From Botryllus schlosseri (lineage: Eukaryota), in the NCBI GenBank assembly GCA_051294905.1, contig CM119372.1, positions 6,388,001 through 6,452,000 on the forward strand: a stretch of DNA of 64,000 bases. The letters are read 5' to 3'. The stretch's first letter is position 1. Every line of letters starts with the position of its first letter. Of this stretch, positions 47,167 to 59,024 are shown piece after piece. Made by a program: the position numbers and the translations under genes. The notes beneath the pieces were generated by a model. It was not told where the DNA came from. It saw only the letters and a list, made by a program, of their open reading frames with translations, and ran no database searches.

Positions 47167-48418
47167 CAGGGCTTTGGAGCAGCCGTAAATTTAAACTGCT
47201 CCAGCTCCGGCTCCGGAGCTCTCTTCTATCATACATTAGCTCCGGCTCCAGCTCCGGAGCCGCATTATTACCACTGCTCCGGCTCCAGCTCCGGCTCCGG
47301 CTCTGAAATTATCGAATGGGCCTGTTTATATCAGGGGTGGCCAACCCGTGGGCCAAATGTGGCCAGAGAGAGGGTTTTGCGTGACCCGCGAGCTAATTTC
47401 CTATTATATTATCGAAAATGAATTGCTCAGATTGTGAACTTGCAATGCCAGCCAAAAATTACAATTCTGGCTGCGACACTTGGGATGTTGATGACTAAAA
47501 TATCAGTTCCGACGCATTGGCAGATTCAGGGTCTAGTCACATTTTCAGTAAATCGTCGTATACTACAATAAACTAAAATAGTAGCGAAATTTTTCTTCAC
47601 GCTTCGCGTGTTTAATTGTCACACGATTTCTTGATTGGTAGCCTACCCCCTATTGAGTCAAACTGTATTCGCAATTACGGGAGAAAGTCTTTTCGCGTTT
47701 GCGCTCGCATAAAGATCGTCGACGGTGAAATGTAGACACAAAATGATAGTCGCATATTATCGGAGACCTTCGATATCGATGTGGCCAGACGCCGAATATT
47801 CGTGTCCTTGTAAACTGAGCCTGCGGGCGGTATACAATAGACCCGCCATACTCAAGTAATAATATTATTGACCTTGTTTATTCATAAACTTAGAAAATTT
47901 TACCCGCTTGGCGTGGCTAGTGGACCGCGCACTCGTTCGTCAATTGCATGTGCCCCTTTAGCCGAAAAGGTTGGCCATTCTTGGTCTATATAGATTACTA
48001 ATCTACCCATAGGTTAGTTATCTATAGTAATCTAGAGTCTGTCAGCCGTCAGTAACATCCGATGCAGCAACGAAGACATATAGGTGCCGGCTTGTGACGT
48101 CATACTGAATACTTGTCAATTGTCGACAACATCATAGTTGCACTAGAACGCACTTTACTCTATGCCATTGCTGTGCACGGCATTAAAATTCAGGCCTGCT
48201 GTTCAATTATGATAAATCAGCAGATGTGGTTGTTGCATATATAATAGCATCTTATGAAATAGGTCGGAGCCGGAGCTACTCCTCAAATAACGGGCTCCAG
48301 CTCCGGCTCCGGCTCCGGCTGAATTTTATGTAGAGCTCCGGCTCCGGCTCCAGCTCCGGTGAAAATGCACGGCTCCGGGGCTCCGGCTCCGGGCTCCGGC
48401 TCCGGCTCCAAAGCCCTG
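47167..48418. mobile_element. hAT-type MITE E with (GCTCCG)n subterminal repeats
   Basis: CAGGGCTTTGGAGC...GCTCCAAAGCCCTG; perfect TSD attataag. Confidence 0.92.
47332..47983. mobile_element. Charlie-type MITE F
   Basis: CAGGGGTGGCCAACC...GGTTGGCCATTCTTG; TSD gtttatat/gtctatat. Confidence 0.85.
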
Positions 48419-50022
48419 ATTATAAGGCCCCGAGTTTAGGCGAAGAGCAGTACGTAAAAGTTGTATAGCATTCGGTTTCAACACATTGCGCGATTGTATA
48501 CAAATATTGTATACAAATTGGTATACAAATATTATGGATCGTAAAATCTATATTTAGTGTAGCTTTATTTTCGGAAAATAGAAGCATTACTACACTTGCT
48601 TTTATACTTCAACATGTATGTTCTGCAGACAAAAGAACTGAAAGTAATTAGAACTCAAAGTATGATACTCCGAGTATCATACTCGGAATTGAAAGTGAAA
48701 TACAAATACCACATCTAAAAAGCGGAAAATTTATTTCATGTCTTTTGTCCCTAAAGCTTCAAAGGTGATCTGCTGAAACAGGTGTAACGTTTCAAAAAGC
48801 CGGATTTTCCAGATTAGCAGGACACGTCATGGGCTGCTTGATAACGATAGCATAGGTAATTGCTAGATTGTGAAACGGTAGTTTCAAACGTTATGGTTGG
48901 CCATATTTACTGTGATGAAATATTTGGTATGGGCGACAATGCGGTGTGATCGGAACCATAGGAAATCTGGTACCTAAATTATATTCACATATTTGTCACT
49001 CCATATAACTACTGTGGGCGAAGCGCAACAAGTTTTCTGGACTTTACTTGACTTTTATGAATATTCAATGTTGGTACTCCGTGAAAACAGCCCCGAAAGT
49101 CCTCAGGATATCTTTCGTATTGGGGATTAAACTACTTCTACTTGACAAACTAAAAAAAAACCGAAAAGTAAGTAAGTAGATCAAAAAATACTACGAAGTA
49201 CAAGTAGAAGTAGAGAAAATCAGATCTACTTGAGTAAGTACCCGAAGTAGAGGAAATCTACTTGAGTACTTCTAAAAAGTAGAAGTACTTTGTTACTGAC
49301 CACCTCTGTTGATACCACGGAAAAGTATAAGGATGACCTCTCGTCTCATTGGGGTGATGGAGATATGTTGAGCTTGATATGGAGGCGATGAGTCAAATAA
49401 GTTTGGGAACCACTGCTGTACAGTGAAAGGTACCTTAGTAAACGGTCCGTTGACTTATGAGCAATATGAGCATGCGTGACAGAGAATCCTCAAACAAAGT
49501 CCAGGACCATCTTGTCACAGAAGTTGTTAACCTCAAAAAGTAAAAACAATTGCATGAGAAGTTGCAACACACAACATCATGAAACAATTAAAAATTAAAT
49601 GAATAAAATAAGGTCCTTGCAAATACAATTTAGCGGTAGTTTGATAGACCTGAGTCAACACATTGTTTTTTGCTAGTCAGCCATCAAGCTTACCGGACGA
49701 CGACCTGACATGTCGATCTCGACTTCGCACACATGCCATCTCTTTTAGTCGCCTGTCCTGTAGGCCTATGTTACACCATGTAACAAAATTTGGGAAAAGT
49801 TTTCGTTGGCTAAAAATTTTGATTTATTTTGTTTTAGTATTCCAAACTAATTACCAAAATCTTTCCTGACGTGTCCCAAATTTGGAGGAAATGTCAATTT
49901 CTCTACATTTTGATTTTACTCGTAATAGCTCCGTATTAATCGAAGTAATTCTTTATTGGACGTAAGAAAACGCTAATGAAAGGGATAATATGAACAAATA
50001 TAGTTTACTCAATACTCATGCA

Positions 50023-50734
50023 CAGAGGTGGTCAGTAACGAAGTACTTCTACTTTTTGGAAGTACTCAAGTAGTTTTACTCTACTCCAGGTACTTACTCA
50101 AGTAGATCTGATTTTCTCTACTTCTACTTCGTAATATTTTGTGATCTACTTACTTACTTTTCGCTATTTTCAGTTTGTCAAGTAGAAGTAGTTTAGTCCC
50201 TCAATACGAAAGATGGCCTGAGCCTGTTATTTACGTATACTAATCGCGCAAAGTGTTGAAACCGTATCCGATACAACTTCTCCGTATTGCTCTTCGCCTG
50301 AACTTGGAACCTTATAATATGTGGTAAGGCGCCATGTCATGATATTCTCGAAAACGGGGTTTTCTAGTAAACAAAGGGTTAGTATAGCCTTTTTAATATC
50401 AATACTATAATTTGCATCCCATGATGCGAAAGAATGCTTATTCTGTCGGAAATTGATACCTCCTGGGATGCATCAATACGAATCAAGCTCTCTACACCTT
50501 CCGCATACCGTAGCTCAATTTGCAGCTTTTGACAGTCCATGCGGACGAATTGAGACTGTTTTCAAAACTACTTACTTACTTGAGTAGATTTAAAGTCAGT
50601 CAATTCTACTTCTAGGTCAAGTAGTTTTAGGTGGCTTGCGGAAGAAGTACTTCAACACGTACTTGAGTAGATTTTTCTCACCGCTACTTCTACTTCTACT
50701 TGAGTAGCTTTCTTGAATACTTTGACCACCTCTG
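50023..50734 (+). mobile_element. MITE family D, copy 4 (internal deletion)
   Basis: Perfect TSD ctcatgca; lacks about 0.5 kb of the middle of copies 1 and 2. Confidence 0.92.
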
Positions 50735-51076
50735 CTCATGCATCAAATGAAAATGCAAACACTTTAAAAAATCGTCAGAAGTGGTTTTGTTTGCGTGACT
50801 TGCGTCTGTGAAATGAGAAATCCTCTGTTACTATGGACCACAAATAACGCCATGTCACAAAATGTTGCAAAATTTTAGTTGAGTGAAAATTTCCATGTAT
50901 TGTGTTTTGCTATTCCAAACCATGAAATCACTAAAATACAAAAATTCCTTCTGAAGTCTCCCTCGTCTTTGAGAAATGTCTCTTTCTGATTTCTCGTTTT
51001 ACTCAAAATTGCTCTCTAATAATACGCCTATAATTCCTTATTAGGCGTACAAACAATATGCACTGTTGTATACCAT

Positions 51077-51803
51077 ACGGGTTTATACGTCCTCTTTTAT
51101 AGGATTTGTCGTCTTTTCGACTTTTGTGAAAGTGTCCTCGGAGGACGCCCAAATGTCCTGATTTTGGAGATTTTTTCCTCTGCTTTGAGAAATTTGGTTA
51201 AGTATAGGGCAAAGATACAGTAAATCAGCGGTGAATTAACGCTCCGACGGCTATGTCGGGAGTTGTGCCAGAAAGTTGAGAGAGAGAGAGATATGATATT
51301 CTTTTTCGCCTGCACCATCGAGATGCTTTAACGACTGAGTTGCCTATGATATTCTTTTTCGCCTGCAACATGGAGATGCTCTGACGATGGAGTTGCGATG
51401 CGGCCGTGAGGTCATCTAGTCTGCTCCCCCGTTTTTTCCTCCTCCAGGCCATCCGTGATTGCTGAGCGCCTAGCAGGATAGCTGAGGATACCAATTTTCG
51501 AGTCTTTGGCATGACCCGGCCGGGGATCGAACCCACGACCTACCGATCGAGAATCCGGACGCATAACCATTATACTATCTCGCTCGGTTCTCCTTTGTTT
51601 TCAATCAACCTACGGAGAATGTGTAAGAAAAAATGTATTTCGGGAGTTGTGCTGGAAAGTTGACCTCTTTTTTTTAGTCAACCGACCATGAACTGGGAAA
51701 AATTTTCAATTTTTTCTGGATTTTCCTCCGGTATGGCAAGTCTGAGAATTTTGAAAAAGTGTCCTCTTTTCAGATTTCCAAAATATGGTAAGTGGTAACC
51801 CTA
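51077..51803. mobile_element. MITE family G copy with nested SINE family 2
   Basis: atacgtcctc...ggtaacccta. Confidence 0.7.
51279..51587 (-). mobile_element. tRNA-derived SINE family 2
   Basis: A box TAGTATAATGG, B box GGTTCGATCCC, then gggtcatgccaaagactcgaaaattggtatcc; duplicated 3' end and (CT)n tail. Confidence 0.85.
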
Positions 51804-51940
51804 CTACAGACTGAGAAATCTGCTGGTATTATGGACCTCAAATAATCCCCCATCATGATGCAACTCCGCCACCATTGGTATCTTCTTTCCAATTCATGCG
51901 TATCCTGCTGAAACACGTCACTATGTTCCTCGCTTACATC

Positions 51941-53140
51941 CAGGGATGTAATGACTCGAGCCACGATTTTCTGATGACTCGACTTGGCTCGAGTCATTTT
52001 CGCAAAACTCAGAATTGACTCGACTCGAGTCATTGCGCATGACTCGAACCAAGCCATATGAGTCGAAACTCAGACAGCCAAGACCGACATTTCATTGTAA
52101 TTTCGAAGAATAGTAAAGTCACCACGCTATTGGGATTTCGTCTATTGGTACTGGAACTTGAAAATGCGAACATAAACTGCTAAAAGTGAGGAAATTAGAA
52201 TATTATAAATGCGAACCATTCGATATCAACAAACAGCTGAGGGCAGAGATAATAAAGTTGGATTAGCAATGAAGTCGATTATCGCGTTCGTCAGGATTTA
52301 TCAGCCCAGGATTAAAGAAACCGGTTGATCACGGCGCATAAAGTTGGTGTTAATCTGACGAGTTAACAAACTGGCACAAATTATAACTAGTTATCTATAA
52401 AAACTGCGTACACTGCGTATCATTCGTACGCGCAAATATTTCCGATTGTCTGTCTCCTCGGTAATGGCTTCACGAAACAATCAACGAACTGAACGAAGTA
52501 TGTATTCGCCATTCCAGAGCGATATCAATATTCTATAATCCGTTTCTTAGCTGTACCGTACGAATTGGACACGATTTTCATTTCGCGATGATGATAATTC
52601 TAGATATTGCAGTGGCGGTATCGTTATCAGCAGGCTGCTGTTTTATTCAACAAATTGATAACTAGTAGCCTATAGCGCGTTTTCGCATTATGATGTAACA
52701 GATGACGCCACATGATTGAAAACTCGGGACACCTTGACTAGCCATCGCTCGCCACCTTTTCCAACTTAACGCGTCGCGATTAGCAGTATTTAATCACACG
52801 CTTAGCATTCTTCTGGGTCAGCAAACTTTATTATCTCCGCCTAAAATGCGTCCCGATTAGCAGTTTTTAATCACATGATTAGCATTCTCCCGGGTCAGCT
52901 AACTTTATTATCTCCGTCCCACAGAAAGTGGGTTAACAAGACTTTAACTGGAAACTGAGCAGTCAACACAATGAGGACTTGGACTCGGACTCGAGTCATA
53001 ATACCATGACTCGGACTCGACCCTCTGATCGCTGACTTGACTAGGTGGTGAATTGAAAATGACACGACTTGACTCGAGTCAAAACTATAAAAATGAGATT
53101 GACTTGTAACTCGGAGCCTTGTGACTTGGTTACAACCCTG
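51941..53140. mobile_element. MITE family K, copy 2, with a nested TIR element at about 52240-52920
   Basis: CAGGGATGTAA...TTACAACCCTG; TSD cttacatc/cttgcatc; inner TIR gagataataaagtt. Confidence 0.85.
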
Positions 53141-53776
53141 CTTGCATCACCCATATTTGAACTTATTAAAATCAAGGTGAAAGTGCAGGTAATGCGTTTT
53201 TAAGGACATGCCCCACTTCATTTTTTCATCCTTATCATATTGTTTACGAGAGGTTTATATCTATTGCTTCGTTCATTTCCAAGAAAAATGCTCCTGCTTC
53301 TCTCGCAGTCATTTTATTGTCAAGTTCTTCACAAAAGATTGCCAACGTTCCCGCATAAGCAAGGAGAACCTGCCACAAAAAAATACCGTGAAAATCGTTC
53401 GTGACCTTTTCTCGACGAAGGACATCGACACGATGAATGTCACAAGCTCCCTAGTTTCAACCTTGGAGTCAGAATGTCTGCATTTGAGTTTGTGAGTCCC
53501 AACTAAATGATCAAGTTCGTGTTGGTTGGGAATGTGTGGTTCTGGATTTAAATCTATACGAGAGAGGTTGAAGTCGTCATAGGAGTCATTTTCTGTATCT
53601 TTAAGCCCTGTCTTCTGGAGCTTTTTGGTCTGGTAGTTTGGGCAGTAAAAAGTGACTGCAATACGGAACAGGTGCTTAAGAGGAGATGGCATAGAAGGAT
53701 ATGCAATGTCAAGTCATTTTTAGGTATTCTGAACCTTGGAATGTCACCAATATAGAGAAATAACATGGAATGTTAC

Positions 53777-54249
53777 CAGTGGTGGCATTTGGGGTGAGCG
53801 AGGTGGGCGGTCGCCCGCCCCCCCTGGTCGAAGCCCCCCACCCCCACCCCCCCCCCCCCCCCCCTATTTGGATGATGCGCTTTTTTCAAGGATAATATCG
53901 AATAAACATGGAAATCCGTGTACCAAGCAAGAATATGATTCCGTACAGACGTGTCAATCATCATCAAATCTCTGCATTTGTTAGAAAAGTCCCGTATCCC
54001 GATAATCATCACGTCTCTGCATGCGGTAGAATTACTTAGTTTTGATGTAGTGTATCCTTACACATGCAATAATAGACATGGCCGAATCCAGCACCTGACC
54101 GAACCTGACCGTGGTGAAAGATAGATAATAATAAGAGATGCCAAAGGGGGGTCTGGGGGCGGAGCCCCCCCAGAAGTTACGGTTAAATGCTTATAGGGCC
54201 CCCCCGGTAAGTCTCGCCCAGGGCCCCCCCGTTCGTAGGGCCACCACTG
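53777..54249. mobile_element. hAT-type MITE with GC-rich ends
   Basis: CAGTGGTGGC...GCCACCACTG; TSD aatgttac/aatgtcac. Confidence 0.85.
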
Positions 54250-54510
54250 AATGTCACCCATATACAGAAATAACAGTCATCTATAAGGTTTCGACTTTCC
54301 CTGCAGATTCCTTAATAGCAAATGACATGAATGCCGATATCCATTTGGCCATTCATCCATATTCCATCGGCATGTTTCGCAGATTACATGAAATGCCCAG
54401 TTTTTATCTTTGTCTCCAATATTCATGCCAAAGTAAAGTTTATGAGTATAAAAAAACCGTCTATCTATATTTTGTACTTAACATGTTTCAGACTGATGTA
54501 CAGACCACAG

Positions 54511-55355
54511 CAGACTTGGACAACTAGATAATTCTAGTTGTCTAATTTCACTAAATTAGAGCGAAATGCAAGTAATCTAATTCTAATCTAATTTGTGAAA
54601 TGTTTCTATGCTCTAATTCTAATTCTAATCTAATTTGTGAAATGGTCATATGCTCTAATTTTAATTCTAATCTGATTTATTGTTTTCCTGAAAATGCCTC
54701 ATTGTCCGCGGCATTTTGCAGCGAGTTAACAAGAATATCCCTCTCACTCAGGGAAATCTAGTGCCAACTACCAACCCGCCATCGCATTACTTACAGTACA
54801 CCGTACGTATTACGATCATAGTAGTAAGTGTGACGAATAATAACCATGCGTTTCAGCTAGTGCGAAATAGTGTTGTTGGGCACAGGCGAATAGCTTATTT
54901 TGAAAAAAACAACATTAATTTGAACATGAAATCAATCTCAGCATTTCAAATTGCCTTACTTCGCGTTTTTCCAAAATCACAAATCAGATCGCCGGCCGCA
55001 TATGGCCCGCGTGTTGGTGAACCCTGGTGAGTGCAAAACAAGCCAAGCTTGATGTACAGACTTTAACCATTCTCATACTAATGGGAACGCAGTGTGATTT
55101 GATATGACCTGGAATTGATTTTTGATGGATTTATTTCTCATTCACTATTTCATGCAATTTCCAATTTTTGCGAATCCAGTAATTCTAATTCTAATCTAAT
55201 TTGGAAAAATTTTGTTGCTCTAATTCTAATCTAATTTGGAAAAACTGTGTAGCCCTAATTCTAATTCAAATCTAATTTGGAAAAAGAAGTGTAGCTCTAA
55301 TTCTAATTCTAATCTAATTTGAAAAAGCAGGAAATTTTCTAGTTGTCCAAGTCTG
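54511..55355. mobile_element. hAT-type MITE O with (CTAATT)n subterminal repeats
   Basis: CAGACTTGGACAACTAG...CTAGTTGTCCAAGTCTG; perfect TSD gaccacag. Confidence 0.92.
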
Positions 55356-55759
55356 GACCACAGATATAGCAAAAACAGCCAGCAGAGAGATTACATTTGT
55401 GATATAGACATTAATGATGAGATTATACTCACTAGATCCACAACCAGAGCATTAACAGAACAAAACGAAAGGAATGTGAGTCTGCTTGCTGTAGCCAATC
55501 CTGACTAACTGAGAATGAGAAGATGATTGTTGCTAATGCTAGTAACCGACTATTATGAATTGAATGATGGATCAATGTGACGTCACAGTTAATAGGAAAT
55601 TCAATAAAGGAGCTTGAAAAACATGGTGGCGGAAGTTTAAAAAGCTTAAAATGTCATTTTCTATCGACACTTGTAGCAAAAATGCCCGAAACATGTTTTA
55701 TCACGGTATATGATATAGAAAATATCAAAAAATCGGCTCACCTAAATTTTTGTTACATG

Positions 55760-55935
55760 GCGTTATCTCCTTTCACTTTTCATTCAGTGTGCGTGCGTCC
55801 TCCTTACATCGCCTAGAGGCCAAGGTGGGTGTCTGATTTCAAAGACTACTCCAAGTCGTTTCGACGCCTTCCTATCTTTTCATTGTATTGCAATTTTTGT
55901 GGTGTATTGAACTGATAAAAATTGCTAATAAACCG
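55760..55935 (+). mobile_element. L2-group LINE 3' end, opposite in orientation to the adjacent copy
   Basis: Reverse complement of 55990-56165; ends in aataaac. Confidence 0.75.
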
Positions 55936-56308
55936 AACCGGGTAGAAAATAGACGAATACAGAAGTTCGTCATCATCATAATCATCATTGGTTTATTAGC
56001 AATTTTATCAGTTCATTACACCACAAAATGCGATACAATGAAAAGATATGAAGGTGTCGAAGCGACTTGGAGTAGTCTATGGAATCAGACACCCACCTTG
56101 GCCTAGGCGATGTAAAGAAGAGGCATGCACATTGCGCAGACACACTGAATGAAAAGTAAAGAAGATAGTATAGAAAAAAGTAAGCGACAAAAATGGGGTG
56201 GCATGTCATGGAAAGCGAGATCGATAGGTCAGTCGTGGTCCGGTAATCTTGAGGATGGACTAGTATTCATTTAGTAGGTATTGCTTGTATTTCGACTTGA
56301 ATGTGGAC

Positions 56309-58659
56309 CAGACATGGGGTGATTACTTCGTGAATGTAATCGATTGCGATTACGATTACTTCCGAATGACGCGATTACGATTACGATTACGATTATACAG
56401 CTAAATCAGGAAGTAGTCGATTACGATTACGATTACATTGGAAAAGTAATCACGATTACTCACGATTACATTTATTTTGCATTTTAGAAGTTATATTGAA
56501 AGACAATATATGGATTGCGCTGAAAAGGCCTAATGAGATAATAAACTTCCTTTAAAAAAAGATGCGTCATTTGCTTGTTACGTCATAATGTACCCATTGC
56601 CCATTTTTATAGAGGACGATTTATCGCACCCAACGAATTGCATTCTTGCCAGGTCCATGACTGCCGCACCCCAAATTTCCCGATAGGGTGGGGAGCGATC
56701 TCGGAGGGGACTCAAGAGTATTTCGTAAACCAACATAAATTATAGAGTGTTCTCGAGAGATTTAATTAGCTTGAAAATTCTCTCTGGATAAGCTTAATTT
56801 TGGAATGCATACGTCTCCCCTCAACAAAAAAGCAAACATAATTTATAGTAGGCATGCATTTAAAACAAATGGTGGTTTAAAACACATTGTTTGAAACTTG
56901 TTTTAAACAGTGTTTTAAACAAAGGCTTTAAAATAAAATAAATTGTGTTTTTTAGGTTGTAAAATTATGCCATAATTGTGTGAATGCTTTCCACAATTAC
57001 CACCCGATTTGGCCGACGTACATCGATAGGAGATGGTTGGAACCCCTCAAAATAGTCGGTTCAACAGTTATAGTACAGATATTTCGTCAAAGGAGCTATA
57101 TTTACCCAATATTTTCAATTGTCAATGTCAATCCACATTGGTGACGTCAAGGCTTTAAAAAACATGTTTTAAACAAGGGCCTTGTTGTAAACATGCTCGC
57201 TTTAAATTTCTTTTTGTTTTAAATGCGACCCTAATTTATAGCAATAGGCATTAAGGTTCCAGTCAATACCGTGCCAGGTGCCAAGACACACCAAAAGGCA
57301 TATGCAATTTCGACCAACACGCAACTTCACCAAGTGTGCTAATAAAGAAAGACCTTGACCGAAACTTAGGGTATGTGTCCATTGTCAATAGCCGCGCTGG
57401 GTGGGCGTGACTAATAGTCTAGTCCTTCTAATCCGAGCCCACAACGCAAATGCCACCCGGACACCCACAGAGCAATAAATACATGACAATTTGTGTGTGC
57501 GTCTCACGAAAGTTTTTCTTTTCGTCTACTGAGTTATGGATACAACAATATCTTTTTATTATATAACATACCGGAAGTCACGAATTAACAACATACACTA
57601 AAGTAATTAGAACAAGATAACATACGTTATAATTATGAATTACGTGCCCCCAGCTCCACAGGTAAATCTGACAATCGGGGGCAGAGAGAGAGAAAGAGAG
57701 AGGAATAAAAATTAATAATTATGTAATGCGATTACTAATGTTATTGACAAAATTCAGTCTTCAACTAGAAATTATCACCCTATGGGGGCCAAAGACTAAC
57801 GTTTGGACTGCGGAACGAATAGCTGTTTTGGTCCTGATTCCAGCTACAACCTACGCCAACATGATATATAAGCCCATGGCTATGGCGGTAGGTCCCAATG
57901 TTGAGTAAAGAATTATGAAATAACGATTAGCGCATGTTTCAAGTAGAGTCATATGAGAATAACATGAAGAGAACATAAAATTCTGCCTTCAACTTAATAC
58001 AGATAATGTACTGCAAGCTGCCGCTACGAGAAACGGCAAAAACGGCTCGGTTGTGATATATATCAGCAACTGTTGATTTTTATTGCTTCGTTGTGGAAAC
58101 CGTAATGTTTTATTTGACGAGTACAAAATTTCAAATCTCTGTCCGGTGTACGTACGTAGCCTACTACATAGGCCTAGTGCTCGCCAAGCAGCAACGGTCA
58201 AACTGCGTTTGCATAACCAAACATCAATACACAATTTACTAAGGTTGATAGCCTGATATACAGCACGGCGGGTGTTCTCACAATCACACAAATGTACGTG
58301 ACGTACATCGAATATCTATTTACTGGGGATACTTCTTACGCAATGACTAGCAAAGCTAATAGGCTACTTCTGACGTAATAATGAGCAATGGCATTTAAAA
58401 ATCTAACGTTTGTGTTATCATGAACCTGGTATGATACATCTTCCTTGTTCACGAATGTTCAGTTTATGTCACAGTCCTGGTACAAATAAAAAGTAATCGT
58501 TCTTTCACAAATAAATCGATTAGATATGAGAAGTAGTCGATTACGATGACGATTACTTCGGAATTTTTTCGAATGTAATCGATTGCGATTACGATTACTT
58601 GAAAATGCTGTAATCGTCGTAATCGATTACGATTACTAATCGCGATTACCCCATGTCTG
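56309..58659. mobile_element. hAT-type MITE N with (GATTAC)n repeats, containing family A-like and M inserts
   Basis: CAGACATGGGGT...ACCCCATGTCTG; perfect TSD atgtggac. Confidence 0.92.
56849..57233. mobile_element. MITE family M, copy 2
   Basis: Perfect TSD atttatag; reverse complement of 34763-35168. Confidence 0.88.
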
Positions 58660-59024
58660 ATGTGGACATGCTCGTCGACTGTCGGATGGTCGGCGGGATA
58701 CTGTTCCACACATCAGGTCCGGCATATTTGATGGAGCGATGATCTTTTCGGTCGATCTCATGATATTTGGACGACGTGGACGCATGTGTATTGTACTTGT
58801 GCGCTTTTGATTCCGAAGTAAAAAAAGTCATTGAAATATTCGTGGCAACGACCGCAGTGGAACTGATACATAAACTTGGCGATTTCTAGTTTCCGCATAT
58901 CTTCTATGTTTAGGACATCGAATCTCTTCAGCAGCGACTTGTTGGATGAACAACCATGAAGTTTCAAGGATGAGGAAATGGGAGTATTCGCGCTGAATGA
59001 AGACACTGCGGTGGAGTGCACAAT

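Larger units (their letters stand above)
46755..49308 (-). mobile_element. MITE family D, copy 3, holding nested E and F
   Basis: TIRs CAGAGGTGGTCA; TSD ttcatacc/ttgatacc. Confidence 0.9.
55970..59021 (-). mobile_element. 5'-truncated L2-group (Crack/Daphne-like) LINE: ORF2 C-terminus plus 3' UTR, split by MITE N
   Basis: VLNIEDMRKLEIAKFMYQF...HKYNT...SIKYAGPDVWNSIP..IRQSTSMST continues across N as FKSKYKQYLLNEY-stop (56260); AATAAA and (ATG)n-like tail at 55970-55997. Confidence 0.85.

Noticed and set aside
47598..47610. CACGC-TTC-GCGTG as a compensatory change supporting the mini-hairpin
   Set aside because: Both substitutions are also what CpG deamination would give, so this is not independent evidence
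54560..55330. Repeat-spacer-like pattern of ctctaattctaattctaatctaattt units resembling a CRISPR array
   Set aside because: Units are subterminal repeats of a TIR/TSD-bounded MITE, the spacers resemble each other, there are no cas genes, and the DNA is eukaryotic
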